Of a stretch of DNA of 64,000 bases, positions 18,914-29,107 are shown one piece after another. Position 1 is the first letter of the stretch; every line of letters starts with the position of its first letter. Under the pieces are notes generated by a model. The model had not been told where the DNA came from, did no database searches, and saw only the letters and a program-made list of their open reading frames with translations. The DNA comes from an uncultured Gemmatimonadales bacterium (GTDB lineage Bacteria; Gemmatimonadota; Gemmatimonadetes; Longimicrobiales; Gaopeijiaceae), in assembly GCA_963823035.1 (NCBI GenBank), contig CAWGKG010000012.1:192001-256000 (forward strand), given 5' to 3'. The position numbers were made by a program, and so were the translations under genes.

Positions 18914-19774
18914 ATGTTTTCTGCGTCACGTGGCTTGGATTCGTTCGACCAATATCTGCAGGACGTCGAAAAATACCCGCTGATCCAGGACCCCAAGGAG
19001 GAGCGGGAGCTCGCCCGACGGGCGAGACAAGGTGACAAGGAAGCGGCCGAGCGGCTGGTCACGGCGAACCTGCGCTTCGTCATCTCGTACGTGAAGAAGT
19101 ACCAGGGACGCGGCCTCGGGCTCGCGGAGTTGGTCTGCATCGGGAACGAGGGCCTGCTCAAGGCCGTGAAGAAGTTCGATCCCGACAAGGGCGTGAAGTT
19201 CATCTCCTATGCCGTCTGGTGGATCCGCCAGACCGTGCTCCAGGCGCTGGCCGAACAGACGCGCTCCGTACGCATCCCGCTGAACCAGAACTCCAACCTG
19301 GCTCGGCTGGCCCGCACCGATACGCAACTGACCCAGTCGCTGGGACGATCGCCCACCGACCAGGAGATCGCCGACGAGATGGGCGAGCCCCTGGACACGA
19401 TCCGGGCGCTGCGCCGCGTGGCGGCCTCGGAGCTCAGCCTCGACGCTCCGATCGACCGAAGCGACCGTGACAGCTCCAGCTTCGGCGAGCGCTTCGCCGG
19501 GGCCGAGGGCTCGGACATCGAGGAGGACGTGGAGGCGATGGCCCGCCGCGAATTCCTCGAGCAGATGTTCGAGACCTACCTCACCGAGCGCGAGCGGAAG
19601 ATCCTGTACCTCTACTACGGGCTCGACGACGGCGAGGAGCGTACGCTGGAGGAGATCGGCTCCCTCCTCGGTGTCACGCGCGAGCGCATCCGCCAGATCC
19701 GCAACCGGGCGTTCGAGAAGCTGCGCGAGAGCCCGCACGGCGAGTCCCTCTCGGGCTTCTGGACCGCCAACTGA
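18914..19774 (+). CDS. RNA polymerase sigma70-family factor (RpoD/RpoS-like, no region 1.1)
   Basis: LVTANLRFVIS, GNEGLLKAVKKFD, KFISYAVWWIRQ, LSLDAP, TLEEIG..LGVTRERIRQI. Confidence 0.95.
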   Translation: MFSASRGLDSFDQYLQDVEKYPLIQDPKEERELARRARQGDKEAAERLVTANLRFVISYVKKYQGRGLGLAELVCIGNEGLLKAVKKFDPDKGVKFISYAVWWIRQTVLQALAEQTRSVRIPLNQNSNLARLARTDTQLTQSLGRSPTDQEIADEMGEPLDTIRALRRVAASELSLDAPIDRSDRDSSSFGERFAGAEGSDIEEDVEAMARREFLEQMFETYLTERERKILYLYYGLDDGEERTLEEIGSLLGVTRERIRQIRNRAFEKLRESPHGESLSGFWTAN

Positions 19775-19978
19775 CGGCTCGGTAGGAAGTCCTGGCCCCC
19801 TCGTCGCGTTTCCCCTGGTAGGAACGGACTGAGGAAGCGGGCCGTACGACGCGGCACGTCATCACACAGCGCCCGCTTCGACGAGGGCCTCGTCCAGAAA
19901 CGGACGAGGCCGTTCTCTCCTACGGAACTGCCCCCTCCGGGCGGGCGTACCAAGCGTGGCCCGTAGAAGCCCCTCCGA

Positions 19979-22045
19979 ATGCCCACCGAGAGCACGTTGA
20001 CCCGCCGACCTCCCGGCCCGCGCACCGCCACCCACGCCGCGCTCGTCGTCAGCCTGCTCCTGAGCGCAGTGTCCGCCTCGGCGCAACAAGCGATGCACAG
20101 GGAGGGGTGGAACGGCGCTCGGGCGCTCGACCTCGTGGCTCGTGCCGGGGTTCAGCGGCATTCGGCCGTGGTGGACACCTCCTTTCGCTCCTACCGCGCC
20201 AACGCGCGTGGGTACGTCTACTTCTTCTTCGACCGCCCCGATTCGGACAAGCGCAACCTGGTCAAGGCCGACCAGGTCGCGCTCGAGGTGTTCTGGCAGG
20301 CACCCGACAAGACCCGCCAGCGCATCGTCGGCCTGCGTGACAAGAAGGTGCTACCCACGAACATCCACTACCACCTCGATCACCTGACCGTGGTTCAGGA
20401 CGACTTCGGCGACCGCATCCGGATCGGTGACGGCGACGAGGTGTCGGAGGTGGTCCACCCCATGGCTCCCGGGGCGGACTCGGTCTACGACTACCTGTTG
20501 GCGGATTCGCTGCGCCTTACCTACGGGGGAAACGCGGAGGAGGTGCGGGTCTACGAGGTGCGGGTGAGGCCGAAGAACCCGGAGGCGCCGGGCTACGTGG
20601 GATCCGTCTACCTCGACCGGACGACGGCCGCGATCGTGCGCATGAGCTTCACGTTCACGCCGTCTTCGTACGTCGACCCGTATCTCGACTACATCCGGGT
20701 GTCGCTCGACAACTCGCTCTGGCTGGGCCGCTACTGGCTCCCCTACCGACAGGAGGTGGAGCTACGCCGCGAGATCCCGCAGCTCGACTTCCTGGCCGGG
20801 AGCATCATTCGCGGCAGGTTCGAGATCGGGCCCTACGACTTCAACCTCCCGCTTCCACCGGCGCTCTTCGGCGGGCGGGCCGTCACGGCCGTGCCGGAGG
20901 CGGAGCGGCGGTCGTACCCCTTCGAACGGGGACTCTTCGACGATCTCGAGCAGGAGGGACTCGCGCCCACGCCGAGCCTCGAGGAGGTCCGTGCCGAGGC
21001 TCGGCGCATCGTGGCTGGAAAGGCCCTGAGCGGACTCGCTCCCGTCCGACTGCAGATCCGCTCGTTGTCGGACGTGCTCCGCTACGATCGGGCGGAGGGC
21101 CTGTTCACCGGGGCGGGCGTCAACCTGCGCCCCGACCCCGACCTCTCCGTCCGCCTGGGCGTCGGTTATGCCTTCGGCCGCAAACGTCCGAGCGGGTCGC
21201 TGGAGATCTCGAGGGTTCCCGCCCCTTGGGTTCCCGTGCTGGAGCTCTACTGGGACCAGTTGCGTGATCTCGGCCCGTTCCCTGGATCCTCTCCGGTGGT
21301 CTCGTCGCTGGGTGCCGTGTTCATGGGCCACGACTGGCTCGACCCCTGGTTCGCGCGCGGCGCCCGGCTCACGCTGCGCGGACCCGAGCCCCAGGAGGGC
21401 CCGTCGATCACGCTCCGCTTGGAGCGCCAGGCCTCGGCGCGGATCGTCCTGAACGGTCGTGACTTCGCGCCCATCCGCCCGATCATCGACGGGGTGCTCG
21501 CGGCCGTGGACGCGCGGGCCCCCTTCGCGCTGCCCGTCGGGGGCGATGGCGCGGTCGAGGTCACCGGGGGCAGGATGACGAAGCACTCATTCGGCACGGT
21601 GGTGTTCCGGAACCGGTGGAGCGCCGGGGCACCGGACGGGGGCTGGCAGGCCACCGTCGACGTTTCCGCCGGCGGCGCGACAGCGCGCACGCCCGTACAG
21701 GAGTTGTTCTTCCTCGGTGGCCGCGGCACGCTTCCGGGGTGGGACTTCCGGCGCTTCGTGGGGCGGGGGTTCTGGCTCGCGCGCGTGGAAGGTACCCACC
21801 CCCTCCACCAACCGTGGGTGGGAATCCGTGCCTTCGCAGCGCTCGGCGCCACCGCCCTGGCCTCCGCCTCCCTCCCCACCGGCTGGGAGGACACACACGA
21901 CGGCGACGGCCCGCGCGCCTCCGTGGGCGCCGGCCTCTCCTTCGGCTGGGACGTGCTCCGCCTCGACTTCGCGCACGGTGTGGGCGACGGAGGTCGGTGG
22001 GAGGTCATGCTCTCCGTCGACCCGCGTTTCCGTCCATGGCTCTGA
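19979..22045 (+). CDS. Hypothetical exported protein with probable C-terminal beta-barrel
   Basis: Signal peptide; RYDRAEGL, LGGRGTLPGW, SVGAGLSFGWDVLRLDFAHG amphipathic strands. Confidence 0.7.
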   Translation: MPTESTLTRRPPGPRTATHAALVVSLLLSAVSASAQQAMHREGWNGARALDLVARAGVQRHSAVVDTSFRSYRANARGYVYFFFDRPDSDKRNLVKADQVALEVFWQAPDKTRQRIVGLRDKKVLPTNIHYHLDHLTVVQDDFGDRIRIGDGDEVSEVVHPMAPGADSVYDYLLADSLRLTYGGNAEEVRVYEVRVRPKNPEAPGYVGSVYLDRTTAAIVRMSFTFTPSSYVDPYLDYIRVSLDNSLWLGRYWLPYRQEVELRREIPQLDFLAGSIIRGRFEIGPYDFNLPLPPALFGGRAVTAVPEAERRSYPFERGLFDDLEQEGLAPTPSLEEVRAEARRIVAGKALSGLAPVRLQIRSLSDVLRYDRAEGLFTGAGVNLRPDPDLSVRLGVGYAFGRKRPSGSLEISRVPAPWVPVLELYWDQLRDLGPFPGSSPVVSSLGAVFMGHDWLDPWFARGARLTLRGPEPQEGPSITLRLERQASARIVLNGRDFAPIRPIIDGVLAAVDARAPFALPVGGDGAVEVTGGRMTKHSFGTVVFRNRWSAGAPDGGWQATVDVSAGGATARTPVQELFFLGGRGTLPGWDFRRFVGRGFWLARVEGTHPLHQPWVGIRAFAALGATALASASLPTGWEDTHDGDGPRASVGAGLSFGWDVLRLDFAHGVGDGGRWEVMLSVDPRFRPWL

Positions 22046-22106
22046 ACGCGGCGACGCGGCCGGGGCGCCACGCGGTCCGCCCCGGCCGATCGTCAGCGGG
22101 GCCGCC

Positions 22107-22472
22107 TCAGGCCGCCTCCTCCAACTCCGCGTCGTCGTCCCCCACCCGCGACGACAGGAGCACCACCTCCCGCACGGTCACGTCGGCGGTCGGGATGATG
22201 ATCCCGTCGCGCTCGTACGAGTCGTACTCCACCCGCCCCTCCACGTAGATGCGGTCGCCCATCTTGATGTAGTCCTCGGCGAACTGCGCGAGTCGGTTCC
22301 ACAGCGTGAGCCGGTGCCAGTCCGTCCGCTCCTGCCCGTCGGCCCCGGAAGGGGGGCGACGGTTCGTCGCCAGCGACAGGTGGGCCACCTTGGTACCGCT
22401 CTTGGTCTGCTGGATGTCGGGATCCCGCCCGACGTTGCCCACCAGGATGATCTTGTTCACCGACCGGCTCAT
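22107..22472 (-). CDS. ssb: Single-stranded DNA-binding protein (short form)
   Basis: MSRSVNKIILVGNVGRDP...LSLATN...TDWHR...G..IYVEG; 121 aa. Confidence 0.93.
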   Translation of the reverse strand: MSRSVNKIILVGNVGRDPDIQQTKSGTKVAHLSLATNRRPPSGADGQERTDWHRLTLWNRLAQFAEDYIKMGDRIYVEGRVEYDSYERDGIIIPTADVTVREVVLLSSRVGDDDAELEEAA

Positions 22473-22679
22473 GGGACTGCCTCCTTCGAGTGAGGGACTC
22501 CGTCGGCCCGAGGGCCGATGTGTCACGCGCGAAGGATGGGCATGCGGAAGGGGCGCCCGAATGCCCACTCGGGCCCCCTTGGAGGCGCCCGATCGACAGG
22601 CACCCTGCGAGCGCATGGTGCCGTCGGGGGCCGGCGAGGGCGGCTCGCCTCGCCGGGCGCAGGCGTTTCCCGCGGCTAG

Positions 22680-22913
22680 CAGCCCGTGGTAGAAATACAG
22701 TGGCCCGCGCCACCCATGCCTACGGCATGGGTACCCGGGGCTCGCGAGGTTCAGAGTAGGAGAGACGACGAGTCGTAGCCGTAGCTACGGCGAGGAGGAA
22801 CGACGACCTATCAGCCCGCGACCCCCCTGCGCCCGCAACCGTATTGCTTGCAAGACCTTGAATGGTGGTGGGTTACGGCGGCACGGCCCCGCCTCCGCTT
22901 CTCCCACGGGCTG
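22680..22913. mobile_element. MITE-like element A (234 bp)
   Basis: Terminal inverted repeats CAGCCCGTGGTAGAA (22680-22694) and TTCTCCCACGGGCTG (22899-22913), 14/15 match; flanked by CTAG and CTAA; palindromic interior, no transposase. Confidence 0.7.
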
Positions 22914-23138
22914 CTAAGCGCCCCTGTCGAGGTCGCGCCCCCAGAACGGAGCGCGCATGAGGGGTCCGAACAGGCAGAAGTTCAAGCCGCCGGCCGCGAT
23001 GGGCAGGAGCCCGACCACCGCCAGCACCCACCCGCCCGTGCCCTTGACCACCGTGAACCCTACCACGATCAGCACCACGCCTGCCGCGATACGCACCAGC
23101 CTGCCTGCGGCCGACGCCATGAAGCGTGCGAGTCCCAT
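22914..23138 (-). CDS. DUF2892/YgaP-like small membrane protein
   Basis: MGLARFMASAAGRLVRIAAG...VGLLPIAAGGLNFCLFGPL; two TM helices and the conserved Cys. Confidence 0.85.
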   Translation of the reverse strand: MGLARFMASAAGRLVRIAAGVVLIVVGFTVVKGTGGWVLAVVGLLPIAAGGLNFCLFGPLMRAPFWGRDLDRGA

Positions 23139-23240
23139 CCGTTCCTCCGGAAAGAGCGTGACGATGGAGCCCCAGCAGTTCCTACCCGACCGAACGGCAA
23201 ACGCGCGACGGGGACGGCGGGTTCCCGAACGACGCGCTAG

Positions 23241-23538
23241 GGAAGCTCTGCACAGGTATGGCACTCCGCGTTGGGAGCGCCACGGCCCCGAGCCGTAGGC
23301 GGATCTCCGAAAGGCATAGCCCTAGCTACGTCGAGGAGATCCAACGACCGGGGCGGGGCCGTGCCGCCCCAACCCACAATCACGTAAGATCATATCTGCC
23401 ATGCTGTTGGGCACAGGGGCTCGCTGCTGTAGGTCGTCACTCCTCCTCGCCGTAGCTACGGCTACGACTCGTCCTCCTTCCTACTCTGAGCAGCGTAAGC
23501 CCCCTGTGCGCGGGGTACCCTACCTGTGCAGAGCTTCC
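23241..23538. mobile_element. MITE-like element B (298 bp) with IS5-like ends
   Basis: Perfect 18-bp TIRs GGAAGCTCTGCACAGGTA (23241-23258) and TACCTGTGCAGAGCTTCC (23521-23538), extending imperfectly to ~30 bp; CTAG on both sides (23237-23240, 23539-23542). Confidence 0.8.
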
Positions 23539-26334
23539 CTAGCCCTTGCACTCGTACCAGTTGGCGCCCACGCCCCACTCCGCCACGAGGGGTACGCCGA
23601 GCGCCATGGCGGACTCCATCCTGTCGACCACGAGCGTACGTACGTCGTCGAGCTCGGCTCGCGGCACCTCGAGCAGGAGCTCGTCGTGCACCTGGAGGAG
23701 GAGACGCGCCTCGCTGCCGCTGTCGTCGAGCGCACGCTGTACGTCGATCATCGCGCGTTTGATCATGTCGGCCGCGGTGCCCTGGATCGGCGTGTTCTGC
23801 GCCACCCGCTCACCGAACTGGCGCACGCTCCAGTTGCGCGCCTTCAGCTCGGGCACATACCGCCTGCGACCCATCAGCGTTTCGACGTATCCGAGCTCGC
23901 GAGCCTTCTCGACCTGTTCGTCGAGGTAGGCGCGGACCCCGGCGAAGCGCTCGAAGTACGTGTCGATGAAGCGCTTCGCCTCGTCGCGCGAGATGCCGAG
24001 CTGGCGCGCGAGGGAGAAGGGGCCCTGACCGTACAGCGTAGCGAAGTTCACGGTCTTGGCCTGTGCGCGCATGGCCGGGGTCACGTCCGCGACCGCCACG
24101 TCGAAGATGACCGCGGCCGTCTGCTTGTGGACGTCCACGCCCTGCGTGAAGGCCGTGACGAACGCCTCGTCCCCCGAGAAGTGCGCGAGGATGCGCAGCT
24201 CGATCTGCGAGTAGTCGACCCCGAGGAAGACGTGGCCGGGGTCGGCCACGAATCCCTTGCGCACCTCGCGCCCCAGGGGCGTGCGGATCGGGATGTTCTG
24301 GAGGTTGGGATCGCTCGACGACAGGCGTCCGGTGGCCGCGACGGTCTGGTTGAAGCTCGTGTGGATGCGCCCGGTGTCCGGGTTCACGAGGTTCGGCAGC
24401 GCCTCCACGTACGTGCCGCGGAGCTTCTCGAGCTCGCGGTACTCCATGAGCAGCCTCGGAACCTCGTGGCCCTCGGCCGCAAGCTCTTCCAGGACGGACG
24501 CGTCCGTGCTGGCCCCGGTCTTCGTCTTCTTGAGCACGGGTAGCCCGAGCCGTTCGAACAGGACTTCGCGGAGCTGCGGCGTGGAGTTCAGGTTGAACTC
24601 CCCGCCCGCCAGCTTCCAGATCTCCTCCTGGATCAACTCCAGCTCTCGCTTGAGACGGCCACGCATCCCACGGAAGAACGCCTCGTCGATCGCGATCCCG
24701 GTCCGCTCCATCCGCGTCAGGACAGGCACCAGCGGCATCTCGAGCTCCGCCATCAAACCGGATAGGCCGCCTTCGTCCAGGTCGCCGGCGAAGCGCTCTT
24801 CGAGGCGTAGCGCGAAGTCGGCGCTTTCGCACGCGTAGTCCCGGATGCGCTCGATCGGCGCCTCGGCGAAAGGCACCTTGCTGCGGCCGCTCCCCACGAC
24901 ATCGGTAAGCGTGGTGGTCTTGAGCGCGAAGAGCTCGAGCACGAGGAAGTCGAGGCCGTGCCCGCGGCGGCCGGGATCGAGCACATAGCTGGCGACCATG
25001 GTGTCGAACGCGCCGCCCTCCAGACCGACGCCCGCGCGGTCGAGGGCGAGGGCCGAGCGCTTCAGGTCGTGGCCGATCTTCGCGATCGACACGTCCTCCA
25101 GCACTGCGCGCACCGCGGCGAGCTTTCCGTCCGGGATCGCCGGGAGGTTACGCACTCTGCCCTCCTCTTCGCCCTCGAAGGTCAGCTCGAACGGCGCAAC
25201 GTGGCCGAACGGGAGGTACCACGCGGATCCGGGCTCGACGGCGAAGGCCAGCCCGACCAGCTCCCCCCGGAGAGGGTCCGTCTCCGAGGTGACAGCCGCG
25301 ACCGCCACCCGCCCGTGGTCTCGGATCGCCGCGACGACCCCCGCCACCGTCGATGCGTCGTCCACGACGCGGTAGGCCCGCGCGGCCGCGCCCTCGGCGA
25401 CCGGGGCGGCACCTGGCGCGCCGTGCGCCACGTCCTCCGCCTCGGCCGCGAACTCCTCGGCCCAACGTCTGAACTCCAGCTCGACGAAGATGTCGCGCAG
25501 ACGCGCCGCGTCGGGCTCGTGGACCTTCCACGCGTCGAGATCGAGGTCGATGTCGAGGTCCGTCATGATCGTGACGAGGCGCCGGGAGAGCCGCACCTGC
25601 CCCGTGTTCTCCTCCAGGGACTTTCTGGCCCGCGGCGGCGTGATCTCCTCCGTGCGCTCGAGCATGGCCTCCACCGAACCGAACGCCTCGAGCAGCTTGA
25701 CGGCGGTCTTGGGGCCGATGCCCGGCGCACCGGGAACGTTGTCCGAGGAGTCTCCGATCAGTGCCAGGTAGTCGACCACCTGCGAGGGTGGGATGCCGAA
25801 CTTCTCGGACGCGTTGCGCTGGTCGACCCACTCGGCCGCCACCCCAGCCGCCCCACCCCGTCCGGGGTTCATGAGATGCACGCCCGGCCCAACGAGCTGG
25901 TAGAGGTCCTTGTCACCCGAGACGATCACGGCCTCGAGGCCCGCCGCCCGGGCCTTCACGGCGAGCGTGCCGATCACGTCGTCGGCCTCGTATCCGGGAA
26001 GCTCCACCACCGCGTCGTTGAAGCCCGCCACGATCTCGCGCACCCGGGTCAGGGAGGCGCGCAGGTCGTCCGGCATCTTCGACCGCGTCGCCTTGTATTC
26101 CGGAAAGATCTCCTCCCGGAACGAGCTACCTGCGTCGAACACGACCGCGAGGTAGTCGGGAGCGAACTTCTCGCGGATGTCGAGGAGGAACTGGGTGAAG
26201 CCGAACGGAGCGGAGGTATTCTCGCCCTTCGAGTTCGTGAGCGGGCGGTTGATGAACGCGAAGTACGCCCGGTAGATGAGGGCGTAGGCGTCGATCAGGA
26301 AGATGCGGGACGCGGTCTTCTCGGGAATGTCCAA
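23539..26334 (-). CDS. polA: DNA polymerase I
   Basis: 5'-3' exonuclease (LIDAYALIYRAYFA, YEADDVIGT, GDSSDNVPG) and polymerase motifs (TGRLSSSDPNLQNIP, DYSQIELR, AKTVNF, QVHDEL). Confidence 0.98.
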   Translation of the reverse strand: MDIPEKTASRIFLIDAYALIYRAYFAFINRPLTNSKGENTSAPFGFTQFLLDIREKFAPDYLAVVFDAGSSFREEIFPEYKATRSKMPDDLRASLTRVREIVAGFNDAVVELPGYEADDVIGTLAVKARAAGLEAVIVSGDKDLYQLVGPGVHLMNPGRGGAAGVAAEWVDQRNASEKFGIPPSQVVDYLALIGDSSDNVPGAPGIGPKTAVKLLEAFGSVEAMLERTEEITPPRARKSLEENTGQVRLSRRLVTIMTDLDIDLDLDAWKVHEPDAARLRDIFVELEFRRWAEEFAAEAEDVAHGAPGAAPVAEGAAARAYRVVDDASTVAGVVAAIRDHGRVAVAAVTSETDPLRGELVGLAFAVEPGSAWYLPFGHVAPFELTFEGEEEGRVRNLPAIPDGKLAAVRAVLEDVSIAKIGHDLKRSALALDRAGVGLEGGAFDTMVASYVLDPGRRGHGLDFLVLELFALKTTTLTDVVGSGRSKVPFAEAPIERIRDYACESADFALRLEERFAGDLDEGGLSGLMAELEMPLVPVLTRMERTGIAIDEAFFRGMRGRLKRELELIQEEIWKLAGGEFNLNSTPQLREVLFERLGLPVLKKTKTGASTDASVLEELAAEGHEVPRLLMEYRELEKLRGTYVEALPNLVNPDTGRIHTSFNQTVAATGRLSSSDPNLQNIPIRTPLGREVRKGFVADPGHVFLGVDYSQIELRILAHFSGDEAFVTAFTQGVDVHKQTAAVIFDVAVADVTPAMRAQAKTVNFATLYGQGPFSLARQLGISRDEAKRFIDTYFERFAGVRAYLDEQVEKARELGYVETLMGRRRYVPELKARNWSVRQFGERVAQNTPIQGTAADMIKRAMIDVQRALDDSGSEARLLLQVHDELLLEVPRAELDDVRTLVVDRMESAMALGVPLVAEWGVGANWYECKG

Positions 26335-26370
26335 CGATTCGGGGGTGGGGCGTTAGCAGGTCGCCGCAAA

Positions 26371-26405
26371 AGGCGCTCCGCAGCCGTGGCGGCCGCGGAG
26401 CGCCT
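26371..26405 (-). terminator. Probable intrinsic terminator of the cold-shock gene
   Basis: Long stem AGGCGCTCCGC...GCGGAGCGCCT ending in a short T-run on the minus strand, ~20 bp after the csp stop. Confidence 0.6.
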
Positions 26406-26425
26406 GGTTCCGTGCAGGTTTCGCG

Positions 26426-26623
26426 TCAGGCCCTGACGACGTTGGTGGCTTGGGGGCCGCGGTCTCCGTCCCGAAGCTCGAACTCCACCTGTTCGCCCTC
26501 GGCGAGCGTTCGGAAGCCCTCACCGACGATCGAGGAGAAGTGGACGAATACGTCATCACCCGTGGGGTGCTGGATGAAGCCGTACCCCTTCGAGTCGTTG
26601 AACCATTTCACGGTCCCTTTCAT
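26426..26623 (-). CDS. Cold-shock protein (CspA family)
   Basis: [17 protein letters not shown]...DVFVHFSSI...GPQATNV; 65 aa. Confidence 0.97.
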   Translation of the reverse strand: MKGTVKWFNDSKGYGFIQHPTGDDVFVHFSSIVGEGFRTLAEGEQVEFELRDGDRGPQATNVVRA

Positions 26624-26784
26624 GCCCTCACCTCCGGCTGAGTCACGGAAGACCGCCTGCAGAATCGACGGCCTCACGTACCTTGGCGAAGCCTCGCCGC
26701 CGACGCAAGGAAGGAATCGCGAGGGCGTTTCGCGGCGCTGTGGGGCGGGGAAATGGAAGGCCGGAGCAGGCGCCGGCGCGGCCG

Positions 26785-29107
26785 CTACTGGAGACCGTAG
26801 AGCGCCTGATACACGCCCACGTTGCGGCGGATGTTCTTCACGTACCCGCGCGTCTCCTCGAAGGGGATGCGCTCCACGAACCGCTCCGGGTCCGCGGCCT
26901 CGGGATAACGCCGCCACCGCGTCGCACGCGTGGGCCCGGCGTTGTAGGCCGAGAGGACGATGGGAAGGTCGCCCTTGTAGCGGCGGTTCATGTCCACGAA
27001 GAACGCCGCGCCCAGATGCAGGTTCACCTCCGGCGTGGTGAGGTTGTTCTCGTGGAAGTCCTCGGGGCCGTATGCGCGGGCAAGCTGGCGACCGGTCGGC
27101 GGCATGACCTGCATGAGTCCCACGGCGCCTGCCCCGCTGCGGATGTCCGCCTTGAAGGCGGACTCCTGACGGATGAGTGCGGCCAGGAGGATGGGATCCA
27201 CACCCCATTCGGCCGCCTCCTTCACCACCAGCTCACGATAGGGGAAGGGATACACGACCCGCAGGAGCCGCCGATCCCACGGCCTCCCCTCGGCGCGCAG
27301 CGCCCAGCCGATGTTGATTCCTTCGATGGTGCGTCCGCGGTCGTTGAGCGCCTCCGCGAGGAGAAGCTGCGCCGCCGGCGTGCCACTCGCCCGCGCCTCC
27401 AGACGCTTCTCCTCGGCCTGGACGCCCCGCTCGAGACCGGCTTGCACCAGGAGGTCGAGCCGTGCCAGCCCGTCTTCCAGCCAGTCGATCTCGATGGGTG
27501 CATCGCCCGGCGGCATGTCCACGTCATACGGATCGCCGAGGAGCTGGGCGCCCATCACGGCGTAGTACGAGATCGGCTCGTCCCGCCGGATCCGAGCCAC
27601 GAGCTCCCGGGCCGTCGCGGTATCGCCGAGTTGGAGGCGCACGCGGGCGGTCCAGTACGAGGCCTCGCCCCAACGCCGCCCCGAGGGGAAGTCCTTCAGG
27701 TACGCCTCGAAGACGGCGGCGGCCTCCTCGAGGTCACCCCGCCCGAGGTGGATCTGCCCGGTGCGCATGCGGGCCTCGCCCGCGCGCCCCAGCGTGGGGG
27801 CCTCCTCCGCGATTGTGGCGTACTCCGTCAGTGCGCCCCTCACGTCGCCGCGCGTCTGCGCCGTGGTCGCGCGCTCCCAACGCACCTCCGTGGCCTCGGG
27901 GCTTCCCGGGTATTCGGCCAGCAGCCACTTCCTGAGCGTCGTGACGTCCCCGACGCGGTGCTGGCGGCTGCGGACGTTCGCCCATGTCTCCAGGTTCCGC
28001 GCGCCGATGCGCTCGTCACGCGTCTCGGCGCGGATGGCCCTGAACTCCTCGATGGCGTCGTCCTGGCGGCCGCGGACCGTCGCCATGAGTCGAGCGCGTG
28101 AGAGCCTGGCCCACTCGGGCAGCGCGCCCTCTCCTCGCGCGGCGAGGCGGGCGGCGCGGTCGTAGGCCTTCAGGGCGGGGCCCCCGTCGCCGGCCCGGTC
28201 CAGGATCGACGCGAGGCGCACGGTGAGCTCGAGGTCGGTCCCGCCGATGGCGACGAGGCCGGCGGCGGCCCGCGACACGCTCGAACGCGGCGCGTCGTCG
28301 AGCGCCGCCCGGAACAGCTTCGCCGCAGCGGCGCTGTCCCGACGCGCGAGGGTGAGCACACCCGCCTCGACCATGGCCTCCGCCTGCTTGGATCCGGAGG
28401 TGGTCGCGGCGATGGCCCGATAGGCCTGCTCGGCACCCGCCGAGTCCCCCGCCGCCAGACGCGTGCGGGGAAGGAGTCCCCATGCGGCGTCGCTGGCACC
28501 CCCGTCCCCGATGCGTGCCAGGAGCGCCACCACGGCCGTCGTGTCCCCGGCGTCGGATGCGGCGCCGGCGAGCTCGAGGGCCATCCAGCTCCGCACCACC
28601 CCCGCACCAGCGGGGATCTCGTCGAGCGCCGGGAGGACCTCGTCCGTCCGCCCCCCGTGCGCGACCGCCCGCGCCAGGCGTGCGAGCACCGGCACCCGAA
28701 CCGGAGCGTCCTCGCCGAGGACGCGAACGTAGGCACCGTAGGCGGCCGCCGCCTCCGTCCATCGCCCGGCCTCCTCCTGCGCTCGGCCCAGGAGCAGCAG
28801 GCCCTCTCCATCCCCCTCGTCCTCGAGCCAGTCCCTCCCCTCCAGGAGCTCCCGGACGCCGCCCCAGTTGTGCCACCCGGCGTCGGCGCGCGCGAGCAGG
28901 AGGGTCGTCTCGTCGTCTCCGGAGGGAACGCCCGCCGCCCGCAGGATGCGGGCTGCGTGCCAGAACCGTCCCGCCCCCATCTCCTCACGAGCGGAGTCGA
29001 TGGCCGAGGAGGGGTGGGTCGTCGACCACGTCCCGTCCGCGCGCGGAGCCCGCGACGAGCAGAAGGGCGGCGGCGCCCACGACCGGGAGCAGGCGGTGTG
29101 GTTTCAA
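26785..29107 (-). CDS. Soluble lytic transglycosylase (Slt70-like, TPR-like helical N-terminus); probable frameshift near 29012
   Basis: [35 protein letters not shown] signal peptide [24 protein letters not shown] starts at TTG 29107 in another frame. Confidence 0.9.

Noticed and set aside
18914..19774. Assigning rpoD or rpoS to the sigma factor
   Set aside because: It lacks region 1.1, and the paralogues cannot be told apart without a phylogeny.
22473..22675. Structured leader RNA upstream of ssb
   Set aside because: Short hairpins are present but expected at this GC content; no recognisable family.
22740..23480. CRISPR array or tRNA/rRNA in the repeat region
   Set aside because: Only 2-3 copies, partly inverted, with no regular spacers, no cas genes and no cloverleaf.
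22680..23538. Composite transposon carrying the DUF2892 gene
   Set aside because: The outer ends differ, each element has its own TIR pair and flanks, and there is no transposase; independent insertions are simpler.
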